Source: an uncultured delta proteobacterium (GTDB lineage Bacteria; Desulfobacterota; Desulfobacteria; Desulfobacterales; B30-G6). Taken from it: a stretch of 64,000 bases of DNA. Below, piece after piece: positions 31,610 to 40,944 of the stretch; the first letter of the stretch is position 1; every line of letters begins with the position of its first letter. The notes under the pieces were generated by a model. That model was not told the DNA's origin. It ran no database searches and saw nothing but the letters and a program-made list of their open reading frames with translations. The position numbers and the translations under genes are program-made. Location: NCBI GenBank assembly GCA_963823335.1, contig CAWGLD010000001.1:1472001-1536000 (forward strand), given 5' to 3'.

Positions 31610-32512
31610 TTATCTTTTTAAGAATTTGACAACCAGTTCTGCAAATTCTTCCCCGCAATCTTCCTGAAGAAAATGGCCACCACCCTTGATCGTTGTATGT
31701 GTCTGTCCTTTTGCACCGAGTACTGATTTTTGAAATTTGCGTTCCCCGCCACCGGTAATCGGATCCCCATCGCTGAAGGCTGTCAGGAATGGCCGATTAA
31801 AACCCTTCAGCACATCCCAAGCCTTTCTATTTGCAGGAGAGGCTGGATCATTGGATGTAATGGGAACTAAAGATGGAAGAATCCTTGCCCCCTCTTTGAA
31901 AGTATCATCAGGAAAGGGAGCGTTGTAGGCGGCAGCTACTTCATCAGGCACCCCTTTTTTGCAACCCATAGCCACTATGCTTCCAACGTCAAAATTCTCG
32001 ATTTCTAATGAAAACTTGCGCCAGTTCAAAAATGCGTCAGGTATAGGATCATCACCGGTCGGTAATCCTGTATTGGCTATGATGGCACTTTGAAAACGGT
32101 CAGGAGCATTCGCCAACAATCGCAATCCGATCAGCCCTCCCCAATCCTGACAAACAAGGTTAATCTTATTAATACCGACTTTTTCACGCCACTCTTGCAT
32201 CCAGCTTACATGACGTTCGTATGTGTAATCAGATCTTTTGGATGGCTTATCTGATTTGCCAAAACCGACTAAATCAGGTGCAATAACCCGAAAACCCGCT
32301 TTGGTTACTATCGGGATCATTTTCCGATACAAATAAGACCAAGTTGGCTCACCGTGCATCATCAACACCGGTTCAGCAGCTTTTGGTCCTTCATCAATAT
32401 AATGAATCCTCAATACACCGTCTTCACTATCTGATACCTCAATGTAATTTGGCTCAAATGGATATCCAACAAGATTTGAGAACCGGTCGTCAGGGGTTCT
32501 GAGAATCTGCAT
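31610..32512 (-). CDS. Haloalkane dehalogenase
   Basis: LRTPDDRF N-terminus, HGEPTWSYLYRKMI, nucleophile QDWGG, FSDGDPIT, GHFLQED. Confidence 0.92.
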   Translation of the reverse strand: MQILRTPDDRFSNLVGYPFEPNYIEVSDSEDGVLRIHYIDEGPKAAEPVLMMHGEPTWSYLYRKMIPIVTKAGFRVIAPDLVGFGKSDKPSKRSDYTYERHVSWMQEWREKVGINKINLVCQDWGGLIGLRLLANAPDRFQSAIIANTGLPTGDDPIPDAFLNWRKFSLEIENFDVGSIVAMGCKKGVPDEVAAAYNAPFPDDTFKEGARILPSLVPITSNDPASPANRKAWDVLKGFNRPFLTAFSDGDPITGGGERKFQKSVLGAKGQTHTTIKGGGHFLQEDCGEEFAELVVKFLKR

Positions 32513-32593
32513 AATACAATCTCCTCTTATTAAACGGTTACAATCTATCAATTGCACTATATTCCATTTAAACCGGGAACAAAACTTCTTCCA

Positions 32594-32755
32594 TCACTTC
32601 AACTGATTCATGGCATCTTCCGTTTTATTTATCATGCTTTCCTTACCTCCAAAATAGTCTGGAATTTCAAAGAAAGGGATATCGATTATTCCAAAATATT
32701 CAACGGCGAATAGAACTATCAATATCAATATCGCGTAACCAACATATTTTCCCAT
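32594..32755 (-). CDS. Small membrane protein (53 aa, absent from the ORF track)
   Basis: MGKYVGYAILILIVLFAVEYFGIIDIPFFEIPDYFGGKESMINKTEDAMNQLK; GAGGGA RBS; co-oriented with neighbours. Confidence 0.65.
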   Translation of the reverse strand: MGKYVGYAILILIVLFAVEYFGIIDIPFFEIPDYFGGKESMINKTEDAMNQLK

Positions 32756-32959
32756 TGTCTAAATCCCTCATAATTGGTCATCAACGCATTGAACTGCACC
32801 GCACAACGCCACACCAAAATACCCGCATTTTATCATATTCCTCACTCTGCACCAGACCAAAGATGGGGCAACCCGTACTATTGGCCTTCGGCAAGATATG
32901 CCCAGCCGCACAGAATGGACATTTGATATGCTGCCGGTTAGAGTGTTGCATCGTATATA

Positions 32960-33640
32960 TTATGGTTGATAGGTTGCGGTTACTTTCTCGATGAGCTTTA
33001 AAGATGTGGTTAGGGTTGCTAATTCTGGATCTATCTGACCGTTTTCACCACTGGCATGGCCGTGTCCAATTAATTTTGCTTCGCTTTCATCCGATTTATC
33101 ACCAACCAAAATACTGCCTTGCCACACAACAGACGGCTGCCCTCGATACCAGCTATAATCGTGATGTTCGTTTTCATCAAAACTCTTATTGACCTCTACA
33201 TAGTAAAAATACCTACCATGTTTCAGTACATCTTTTGACTCCCAGTTCCAGATAAATTCACCCGCTTTAGGTGTTGCAGATGATATTGTATCAGGTAGGG
33301 GCTTATCCTTGGGAGGATAGAAATTACCGTTTCCATAGTCAATACCACGGCTATGGGCCCAAACAGGCAATGTGCTTAATCTGGAACCTCCCATTTTGTC
33401 ATCTAATGAACCACCTCGGTTTCCAAGACCCTTTTTTCCAATTTTACGTGTGATATAGACTGTCTCTACAAAGGCACCGTGTTCATCCATTATCCATATG
33501 GCAATCTGGCATTTCTTCTGGGACAGTTGAAGTTTAAATGAGAACCTCTGGGGTGTTTCCGCTCCGGAAGAAAAACCTGTAGTGGGTAGAAACAGCATTA
33601 CAACAAAAACAAATAACCGGAATAAAAAAGGACGTATCAT
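32960..33640 (-). CDS. Exported DUF2271-like protein
   Basis: Signal peptide, QIAIWI.DE.G.FVETVYIT, LPVW, PDTISSATP; AAGGAG RBS. Confidence 0.6.
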   Translation of the reverse strand: MIRPFLFRLFVFVVMLFLPTTGFSSGAETPQRFSFKLQLSQKKCQIAIWIMDEHGAFVETVYITRKIGKKGLGNRGGSLDDKMGGSRLSTLPVWAHSRGIDYGNGNFYPPKDKPLPDTISSATPKAGEFIWNWESKDVLKHGRYFYYVEVNKSFDENEHHDYSWYRGQPSVVWQGSILVGDKSDESEAKLIGHGHASGENGQIDPELATLTTSLKLIEKVTATYQP

Positions 33641-33837
33641 TATATCTCCTTTTTGCAACGTCTTTAATGCATATCAAGATTCAGGTTATGCCGGACAGTG
33701 TAAGCCAGATTCTCATCAAGGTCGGTGCCGGACAACCATTCCAGATAGTTCTTTGACACCTCTGCCATCTTCAATCCCTTGCACTTGCAGGCGATGCTTT
33801 CAAAGAAGCGTTTTTTTAAAGCATCCATACAAATATT

Positions 33838-34161
33838 TCATGGCAGGTAATCTTCACGCACCGGTGAGAAAACCTCAATAATCACCGAATCCTCCAGTGC
33901 CTCTGCTGAATGCTCAATATTGCCATGCAGACACCAACAGTCCCCGGTTTCGACATCGGTAACCTCTCCGTCCACTATGAAACGTAATTTACCGAAAACC
34001 ATAAACCCAGTCTGTTCGTGAGGGTGTGAGTGATTAGGAATTATAGATCCTTTGGCTATTTTGAATTGACCCATCAGTGTCTTTTCACCGTGAACAAGAG
34101 TCGTTAAATCAACGCCTTCCAATAGTTGTCGTGATTCACCTGTATCATTTTTACGAAACAT
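33838..34161 (-). CDS. Cupin domain protein
   Basis: HSHPHEQTG...H; C-terminal VFSPVREDYL. Confidence 0.9.
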   Translation of the reverse strand: MFRKNDTGESRQLLEGVDLTTLVHGEKTLMGQFKIAKGSIIPNHSHPHEQTGFMVFGKLRFIVDGEVTDVETGDCWCLHGNIEHSAEALEDSVIIEVFSPVREDYLP

Positions 34162-34221
34162 ACTTTCTATCCTTTCGATTTATAATGATCCTTTTTCCAT
34201 TTCATAACGGCTTAGAGCAGA

Positions 34222-34286
34222 CTGCGGGTTGAAGTTCGGGCCCGTCTTGAACTTGAGCCAAAACCCTTTTTTTGAGATGGCTTCTA
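34222..34286 (+). repeat. MITE-like repeat family 2, right-half fragment
   Basis: CTGCGGG.TGAA...TTTTTGAGATGGCTTCTA matches the right part of 55229-55399. Confidence 0.7.
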
Positions 34287-34362
34287 GTAACCTGCTGAAC
34301 AGCCATTCTACCACGTCAAAGTTCCTTCCTGAGTTTGACGCAAAATCTTGGTTTGAAGGCGT

Positions 34363-34923
34363 TTAGAATGAAAATGAGAACGTAATTTCCGGATAAATAT
34401 CATCACATGAGCTGTAAATCGTATCATCACAGTTCAAATACGATTCGTAAACCACACCTACCCCCAAGAACCATCGTTCTTCCTGTATGAAGTAAACACC
34501 CCCACGACCGCCAATGGTATTTAAATCATCGTAGTGGTCGATAAATAAATGGTTGTAGAATACACCAGCGTATGGTCGTAATCTCGATTGTGTTGGCAGG
34601 ACATATTTTGCTTGAGGGCTTAGTTTATAAATGTCTGGGTCACCACCCAGCCAAGCTTCACCGTCAAGTCCGAGTTCAAGACCGTTTAGCACATAATACC
34701 CTGCACCAAGTCCGAAAATTATATAGTCGTTAGAAAAATTCTGTCCGGAACCTACTACGATAGACACCCGGCGACTTCCCTTTTGAAAGGGATCGGCTTG
34801 AATATCAGGCACAGATGCGGGTAAGTTTGCAATCAATAGAAAGGCAAACATAATGATTACTCTTATAGACCTGACGGAAACCACTTTCAAGATATCCCTT
34901 TTTCTTATACTGTCATGATCCAT
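34363..34923 (-). CDS. Putative outer-membrane beta-barrel protein
   Basis: Alternating aromatic beta-strand pattern and C-terminal F (ITFSFSF); start uncertain. Confidence 0.6.
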   Translation of the reverse strand: MDHDSIRKRDILKVVSVRSIRVIIMFAFLLIANLPASVPDIQADPFQKGSRRVSIVVGSGQNFSNDYIIFGLGAGYYVLNGLELGLDGEAWLGGDPDIYKLSPQAKYVLPTQSRLRPYAGVFYNHLFIDHYDDLNTIGGRGGVYFIQEERWFLGVGVVYESYLNCDDTIYSSCDDIYPEITFSFSF

Positions 34924-35029
34924 TGACCCTCTCCCTCAGCTTACCAGAACATTTAAACGTCACAACCTTCCTGGGAGTCAGCATCATATCATCGCCGGTG
35001 GCAGGGTTCCTGCCTTTCCGTTCAGCTTT
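34913..35029 (-). pseudogene. C-terminal fragment of an integration host factor subunit
   Basis: KAERKGRNPATGDDMMLTPRKVVTFKCSGKLRERVN; N-terminal helices absent. Confidence 0.85.
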
Positions 35030-35590
35030 TGTCAGTGTCATGCGTGCTCCTTGTGAAGATAACGAGCAGGGTAGGCTGAAATTAGAATGCCAAATATCGC
35101 AGATAAGGTCAACTGGAGACAAGCTGGTATTTTCCCAATTATTGATGTCCTTGTGGGGTATAGTGTGGGGAACGGCTATTTTCAGAAATAAAACAGGGAC
35201 TCAGTATCCGTTTCCAAGGTATGTTGCCAAATCACTCATTTTTTCCAAGGAAAATTGCCAATTCCATCACGAGGGGGCCTCGAAATACACTATCTTGGAG
35301 ATACAAAACATATCGAGGGCCGATGCCGGAAAATTATAGCCGTTCTGAATAAATCCTGTTATGTCATCTGTTGAAAATAATCTGCGTCTATATGGGGAAA
35401 ATGTACCATTTGATATTTGCAAAAATAGTTTTGGTAGGTTTACATCAAGGTGTTGCTTGAGGGATTCCACACTAATAGCCGAAGTCTTGAGCTTTGCAAA
35501 TGAGGAATTTCCAGATACCAAACCGGTATCACAGTTTGAAAAAACCTTGCCAACGGCCTTGATGAGTTGGCACCACCTGGCACTAAAGAC

Positions 35591-35965
35591 TTATGCCAGT
35601 AATCTTGAAAATTCCACAAAAGCTTTCCTGTTCGTTTCCAAAGCTTTTCGGTACTCCTCGCGTGAAGCGTTTACGCGAGGGTCATTCTCAGCATACTGAA
35701 TCATAAGCGGTGCTTGAATTTTGGCAACATCATCAGTTGCCGGAGCGCGACCATAAAACGGAACACCGGCATTCAGGTTTTTTCCCATTTTCACTGCAAG
35801 ATTATTGACAACACCGCCACCATAGCAAAAGCCTGTTGCTCCCAGCTTGCCATTGCACAACTCATGGGCTTTTAAGAATCGGGCACTGTTCAACATGTCC
35901 GTGAAGAGCTTATCTCCATTCAAAGACTTTTGCATGACCTTCCCATCGTCATCGTTTCCGGGGTA
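35591..35965 (-). pseudogene. Internal fragment of a dienelactone hydrolase (YghX-like)
   Basis: YPGNDDDG, nucleophile GFCYGGG, GVPFYG, AENDPRVN; N-terminus and catalytic-His region missing. Confidence 0.8.
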
Positions 35966-35966
35966 T

Positions 35967-37268
35967 TTACATCGGCATCTCGAATCCTCTCTCACCATGA
36001 ATTGCCTGATCGAGCCCCCCAATTTCACTATCTTTATCTACGCGAAGTCCACCCGTTACGATACGTGTAATGGCGATGACAACAATTGTGCCGACAGCGG
36101 AATAGGCCGCTGTTCCAATAATAGAAATCAACTGAATCCAGAGCTGTTTCGCATTTCCATATAAAAGTCCTTTGGCCCCTTCCGTAACAGCAGGATTGGC
36201 AAATATACCAGTGGCCAGTGCTCCCCAGATACCACAAATACCATGGATGCCAAATGCATCCAGCGAATCATCATAACCGATTTTACTTTTTACAACGGCC
36301 ACACTGAAAAATCCAAGTATGCCCGCTATCAATCCAATGACCAATGAAGCCTGAAGATTGACAAAGCCCGCCGCTGGCGTAATGGCAACCAGCCCTGCTA
36401 CGACGCCGGATGCAATACCCAGCACAGTCGGCTTTCGATTAACGATCCATTCCGTAAACATCCATGAAAGTGCCGCTATGGATGCTGATGTGTTGGTAAC
36501 CAAAAATGCAGATCCGGCAACACCATCTGCGGCTAACTCACTACCGGCATTGAAACCGAACCAACCAAACCAGAGGAGCGCCGCACCCAGGCTCGTAAGC
36601 ACGATGCTGGAAGGGAACATGGTTTCTTTACCGTAACCAATTCGTTTTCCTACCACCAAAGACAGGACGAGACCAGCAATGCCCGCGTTGATATGAACGA
36701 CCGTTCCCCCAGCAAAATCAAGTGCTCCCATGCTGCCCATCCACCCCCCTCCCCAGGCCCAATGGGCAATGGGAGAGTAAACAACTGTCAACCACAAGAT
36801 AGTAAAAACAATCCAGGCGCTGAACTTCATCCGATCGACAATGGATCCCAGTACAAGGGCGACTGTGATACCAGCGAAGGTCATTTGAAAGAGCACAAAA
36901 ACAAACGTCGGGATAGTACCCGAAACGGAATTGACGCCGATCCCCGATAGAAAAAAGTGATTCAGGCCACCGATCATGCCGGCTTTGGAAGTTCCAAAAG
37001 CCAGGGTGTAACCCCACATCATCCAAATTACACTTGCCAGGCAGTAGGATACAAACGTCATTGCCAGCGTGTTCAACAGATTCTTGTAACGAGACATGCC
37101 ACCGTAAAACAATGCCAGCCCAGCCGGTGTCATCATCATGACGAGCGCCGTGGAAACGATTAGCCAGGCTGTGTCGCCGCTATCGATCGTGCCTTCTCCT
37201 GCCAGAGCTGAAACAGTCATGCAGAAAAACAACCCCAGTGTACCGAATATCATTCTCATCTTCATCAA
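35967..37268 (-). CDS. amtB: Ammonium transporter AmtB
   Basis: DSGDTAW, FQMTFA, DFAGGTVVHINAG, WFGWFGFNAGS, DDSLDAFGIHG, GLD..IHGE. Confidence 0.97.
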   Translation of the reverse strand: MMKMRMIFGTLGLFFCMTVSALAGEGTIDSGDTAWLIVSTALVMMMTPAGLALFYGGMSRYKNLLNTLAMTFVSYCLASVIWMMWGYTLAFGTSKAGMIGGLNHFFLSGIGVNSVSGTIPTFVFVLFQMTFAGITVALVLGSIVDRMKFSAWIVFTILWLTVVYSPIAHWAWGGGWMGSMGALDFAGGTVVHINAGIAGLVLSLVVGKRIGYGKETMFPSSIVLTSLGAALLWFGWFGFNAGSELAADGVAGSAFLVTNTSASIAALSWMFTEWIVNRKPTVLGIASGVVAGLVAITPAAGFVNLQASLVIGLIAGILGFFSVAVVKSKIGYDDSLDAFGIHGICGIWGALATGIFANPAVTEGAKGLLYGNAKQLWIQLISIIGTAAYSAVGTIVVIAITRIVTGGLRVDKDSEIGGLDQAIHGERGFEMPM

Positions 37269-37320
37269 ACGCTACCTCCTCAAACTAAATTGGAATAGTT
37301 GCAAATTTCAACTGGAGATG

Positions 37321-37336
37321 AGCAATTCATGTGCCA
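37321..37336 (-). promoter_or_regulatory. Sigma-54 promoter (-24/-12) of amtB
   Basis: Minus strand TGGCAC-ATGAA-TTGCT about 50 nt upstream of amtB. Confidence 0.8.
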
Positions 37337-37543
37337 TGTTTTTCACAAAACCGAACGATCGCTTTATCGCATTGATTTATTTGAAATAGTTTTGAAGTGA
37401 GGGCGGAGGGGTAAGCTTTTCAGGAGACTTTACTTGGAATAATAATATTACAATATTGTTATTTATAAGCTTTAATTTAACAATTATGTTAGTTTGTTTC
37501 ATGATTTTATTTTCAAAATTAATCAGCTTCGGGTCACAATACA

Positions 37544-37640
37544 GATAGATGGAACCACCTGCCATATAAAATTATTGATACCATGATCCGTGACTTTCAG
37601 ACCATGAAAACTTCACAACCACAAGATATGGGATTGGAGA
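37544..37640. repeat. Island repeat B, degenerate short copy
   Basis: GATAGATGGAACCACCTGCCAT resembles the start of the 40630 copy; contains GATACCAT and ends TTGGAGA. Confidence 0.45.
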
Positions 37641-37694
37641 ATATCTGGCAAAACCGTTGATTACGCTAATAAATATTGATGTCCGTAAAGTTGT

Positions 37695-37864
37695 GATTAA
37701 TGGAGACAAATCCAGTTATCAAGTTCAACGGCAATATTACCGATACCATTCGGTCATCCCCACGGTACCATGAGAACCACTATTAATTCAAGATTCGGTC
37801 GGTTGTGATTATTTTCGCACACCGGTAATTTTTTAGGGCCTGATATCTAAATTTTCGTAGGAGA
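37695..37864. repeat. Island repeat B, full copy 1 (170 bp)
   Basis: About 80% identical, ungapped, to 42653-42822 (hand count); invariant core GTTGTGATTATTTTCGCACACCGG at 37802-37825. Confidence 0.9.
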
Positions 37865-37894
37865 TGGACGACCTGACTATTTTGGAGCACTTAT

Positions 37895-38842
37895 TCATTG
37901 ACTATCTGTGGCTTGACACTTTGCTATAGTAACACAATTTTTTCCAGCCTCCTTAGCAGCAAAGAGGCATTTATCAGCCGCTGTCATAAAATCATTTAAA
38001 TCGCCTCCATAATTAGCAACACCACAGCTTACTGTAATTCCATCTAAAGATTGTCCATCAGAACTTGTGAATTGAGTTTCAGAAATCTTTGTTACAAATA
38101 TTTTTGCTATTTCCTCTGCCTTAATAATATTACATCCGGGAACCAAAACTGCAAATTCATCTCCACCATATCGGAAAACCATATCTGATCTGCGGAGGGT
38201 GTTTTTTATTATTGCAGACACTTCTTTTAGCAGTATGTCTCCTGTTTGATGCCCATACGAATCATTGTAGTGTTTGAAGTTGTCAAAATCGATCATCATA
38301 AGAGACAGTTCTTGTTTTTCCCTGTCTGCTTTACTTGCTTCTTCGATCAATTTCAAATCAAAATAGCGTCTATTATACAAAGAGGTCAGCGAATCCACCG
38401 TTGCCATCGCTTCGAGTTTGATGTTTAACTCAAGCAATTGCTTTGTCACTTCATCAAGCTTGCCCATCTTGTCCTCAAGATCGCCATGGATTTCATTAAA
38501 TACTTCATGGATATCTGCCAACTCGTTCTGATCCTTTTTTAAAGGATGCTGTTTTCCTTTTACCCATGCTGATTTAGATCTAATCTCCTTTGATAGTTTT
38601 TCGATTGATCCTATCCAGTTATACCCCAATGCGATACTGAGTAATGAGGGTATAAGCATGGCTATCACACCATATGTAAAGACGGGATTAAGAGCATGCA
38701 GTTGGGTTTCGCCAAGCATTGGTGTCACATATCGATAGACGACAAAAACCATTATCAGAAGCGGCAGGGCTGATGATAAAAGGTAAAATACCGTAAAATT
38801 TCTCCTAAAGTTTGCTTGAAATATTGAAGATAGAAACGTCAT
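37895..38842 (-). CDS. Membrane-anchored diguanylate cyclase (GGDEF)
   Basis: Two TM helices, coiled coil, DSLTSLYNRR, DFDNFK..ND.YGH, RRSD I-site, RYGGDEF. Confidence 0.93.
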   Translation of the reverse strand: MTFLSSIFQANFRRNFTVFYLLSSALPLLIMVFVVYRYVTPMLGETQLHALNPVFTYGVIAMLIPSLLSIALGYNWIGSIEKLSKEIRSKSAWVKGKQHPLKKDQNELADIHEVFNEIHGDLEDKMGKLDEVTKQLLELNIKLEAMATVDSLTSLYNRRYFDLKLIEEASKADREKQELSLMMIDFDNFKHYNDSYGHQTGDILLKEVSAIIKNTLRRSDMVFRYGGDEFAVLVPGCNIIKAEEIAKIFVTKISETQFTSSDGQSLDGITVSCGVANYGGDLNDFMTAADKCLFAAKEAGKNCVTIAKCQATDSQ

Positions 38843-38895
38843 TATAGCCTCCTGATAATTATGAACGGCCTGTAGCTACCGATATTTGGAACTGA

Positions 38896-39040
38896 TAAGA
38901 ACAAGTTGAGGATCAGACCAGCTTTGATAATGATACTCAGTTTCAGATCAGGTATGAATTGGATACAAGGTACATACATGGTTTGGTGAGGTGGATCAAG
39001 TTTTGACAGTCTCCGCATTACAGATACATGGAGACAAGTG
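38896..39040 (-). repeat. Island repeat A copy 2 plus the start of repeat B
   Basis: TCAGATCAGGT shared with copy 1; minus strand TTGATC-N17-TATGTA; GATACATGGAGACAAG at 39023. Confidence 0.65.
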
Positions 39041-39284
39041 CAAGTTTAGCAGGCCCGTAAAAACCTGCGATAACATTGTATTCCACTCTCCATTTGGCTA
39101 TTCTTACCCTTGCAGATATCATTTATCTTACAATTTTGCAAAAAAGGGAAAATCGCCGAAACGATTCTCCCTCATGATAACATAAAAATGCAGGTTGCCT
39201 AAAAATGGCTACGGTGGTGATATGCTAAAAAACCTGTAAACATTGCGAACTGGGCATAAGTTGGTGGTATTGCCATTCAAAAAT

Positions 39285-39317
39285 AAAAAAAGGCAGGGCC
39301 GAATGACCTTGCCTTTT
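39285..39317 (-). terminator. Rho-independent terminator
   Basis: AAAAAAAGGCAGGG...CCTTGCCTTTT downstream of the 39348-39644 gene. Confidence 0.7.
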
Positions 39318-39347
39318 CTGTGAACCCTAACTGGCAACTTATTGTTT

Positions 39348-39644
39348 TCACCCCAATACCTTTAGGGAATCTGGAACAGTCATCAATGGTTCAAGTTTCC
39401 ACGATGTTCCTTCTATTTGCGTTAATGGAAACATCGTCTTCGCTATCTCCAATAGCGCTTCGTCCTCTTTCCCCTTCTCTGTAAATATTAGGTTGTAACC
39501 CTTGTACCCACATTCATAAGAACACGAAAATGTCTGCCACTTCTTTATGCCTGCCGTGGGTGGGTTCGCTGCTAAATCTAAAATGCATTTTTTCCACTCT
39601 TCGGTTTTATCCATCGGCATTGTATAGGTCCCCATAAATATCAT
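39348..39644 (-). CDS. Hypothetical protein
   Basis: 98 aa, GGAGGT RBS, downstream terminator. Confidence 0.7.
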   Translation of the reverse strand: MIFMGTYTMPMDKTEEWKKCILDLAANPPTAGIKKWQTFSCSYECGYKGYNLIFTEKGKEDEALLEIAKTMFPLTQIEGTSWKLEPLMTVPDSLKVLG

Positions 39645-39748
39645 ATTTTATTACCTCCTTTTCAAACGTTGGTTTCCAATAATGTTTCCAATTTAGGGCA
39701 TATTGATATCATCCTGCCCTTTCTTAACTTTTAATCCGAATAAAAATT

Positions 39749-40249
39749 CTATGGCGTTTCCATTTCACCTTCCACTTCAACATAACTTTGTTGTGGAGCT
39801 ATCATGTAACTAGTCCAATTTCCCCCTCCAGTTGCTCCTTCAAATTTTCCGGTACCGCCTGTCACTGTATACACACCTTTCCATTGACTCTTTGAAATCG
39901 GTTTTCCTTTAAATGATCTGTTTGATTTATCGCCATCTTTGTCGGTATGTACTCCATAACCCGTCAAATACATTTCTTCAGGCTTGCTTGGGTTCACATT
40001 CATGAAACCGACACTTCTATCGGCAAATTTTTCTCCGCTTATTTCATTAGCAAAGATTGAGTGTTGTTCATAAATTATAATTATATGCCCTTCAGCATCT
40101 CCAACTTCAATTTGATGCATTTTAGTCGTATAGCCCACGCCATGTGACTTAATCTCAAGTTTTTCTCCTGCTATTGCAAAGTCAAGTGCAATAAACCCAA
40201 ATACAAAAACAACCACAGTTGTGAGAATAACTAATTTTGATTTAAACAT
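39749..40249 (-). CDS. Exported hypothetical beta-rich protein
   Basis: Signal peptide, GGAGG RBS, motif GGTGKFEGATGGG. Confidence 0.7.
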   Translation of the reverse strand: MFKSKLVILTTVVVFVFGFIALDFAIAGEKLEIKSHGVGYTTKMHQIEVGDAEGHIIIIYEQHSIFANEISGEKFADRSVGFMNVNPSKPEEMYLTGYGVHTDKDGDKSNRSFKGKPISKSQWKGVYTVTGGTGKFEGATGGGNWTSYMIAPQQSYVEVEGEMETP

Positions 40250-40439
40250 TGTTGCGCCTCCTTTCCCAAAAGCGTAAGACCGTTAGCCAACATGCGGTTA
40301 AGAATGTGATTATCTCTTGCCATCATTATGACATAAATGCCTCCACAGTATGCACGAATCCTCTGGAGGCTTCATATTGGCAACTTCAGATGTCCTATTA
40401 TCACATAGAGTATCATTTTGTTTTTGTGGTTTATTTGAT

Positions 40440-40565
40440 GGTGAATTGTGTGGGCAGATTGAGAGTCTGGTCAGACAAGTTACAGCTGCGAAGATTCAGC
40501 TTCAAACTAGATGTGATTTAGATATAATGTTAAATACCTATATGATTTAATTGGTTGTGTCAAGA
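40440..40565 (-). promoter_or_regulatory. Island repeat A, copy 3
   Basis: Ungapped similarity to about 26916-26979; minus strand TTGACA-N17-TAGGTA. Confidence 0.5.
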
Positions 40566-40629
40566 AATGAATATTTTAGACGTTTTAGAGGGTGTGTTTT
40601 GCAGGAAATCCTGCCATACTAGCACCGTT

Positions 40630-40801
40630 GATACATGGAGAACACCTGACATTTTGAAATATCAGGCAATATTACCGATACCATATGGTCATCGCCAAGG
40701 TATCACGGTAGGGCCTATCAATGCAAGATTCCGTCTGTTGTGATTATTTTCGCACACCGGCAATATTTTTAGGGGTCTGATAGCTACAATATTGTTGGAG
40801 A
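40630..40801. repeat. Island repeat B, full copy 2 (172 bp)
   Basis: GATACATGGAGA start, GGCAATATTACCGATACCAT, invariant core at 40737-40760, TTGGAGA end. Confidence 0.9.
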
Positions 40802-40944
40802 CATCATGCTATTTTTATCAGTTCGATATGTTTTCAGTTTTTGTCCATATTTTCCGCAATGGAAAACTTTCACACACGTTTGGGTGTGCGTTAGAGATAC
40901 CTTGAAAATGACCGTTATAGCCATAGGCATTAGTTGGATTTCCC

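Noticed and set aside
37803-37820. Rex/CRP operator as the full explanation of the element B core
   Set aside because: TTGTGATTATTTTCGCAC is only a partial match and cannot explain conservation over 170 bp; it remains possible as one component.
40508-40535. dif/pdif site (TAATGTTAAAT)
   Set aside because: No XerC arm, and the motif is not conserved in the other element A copies.
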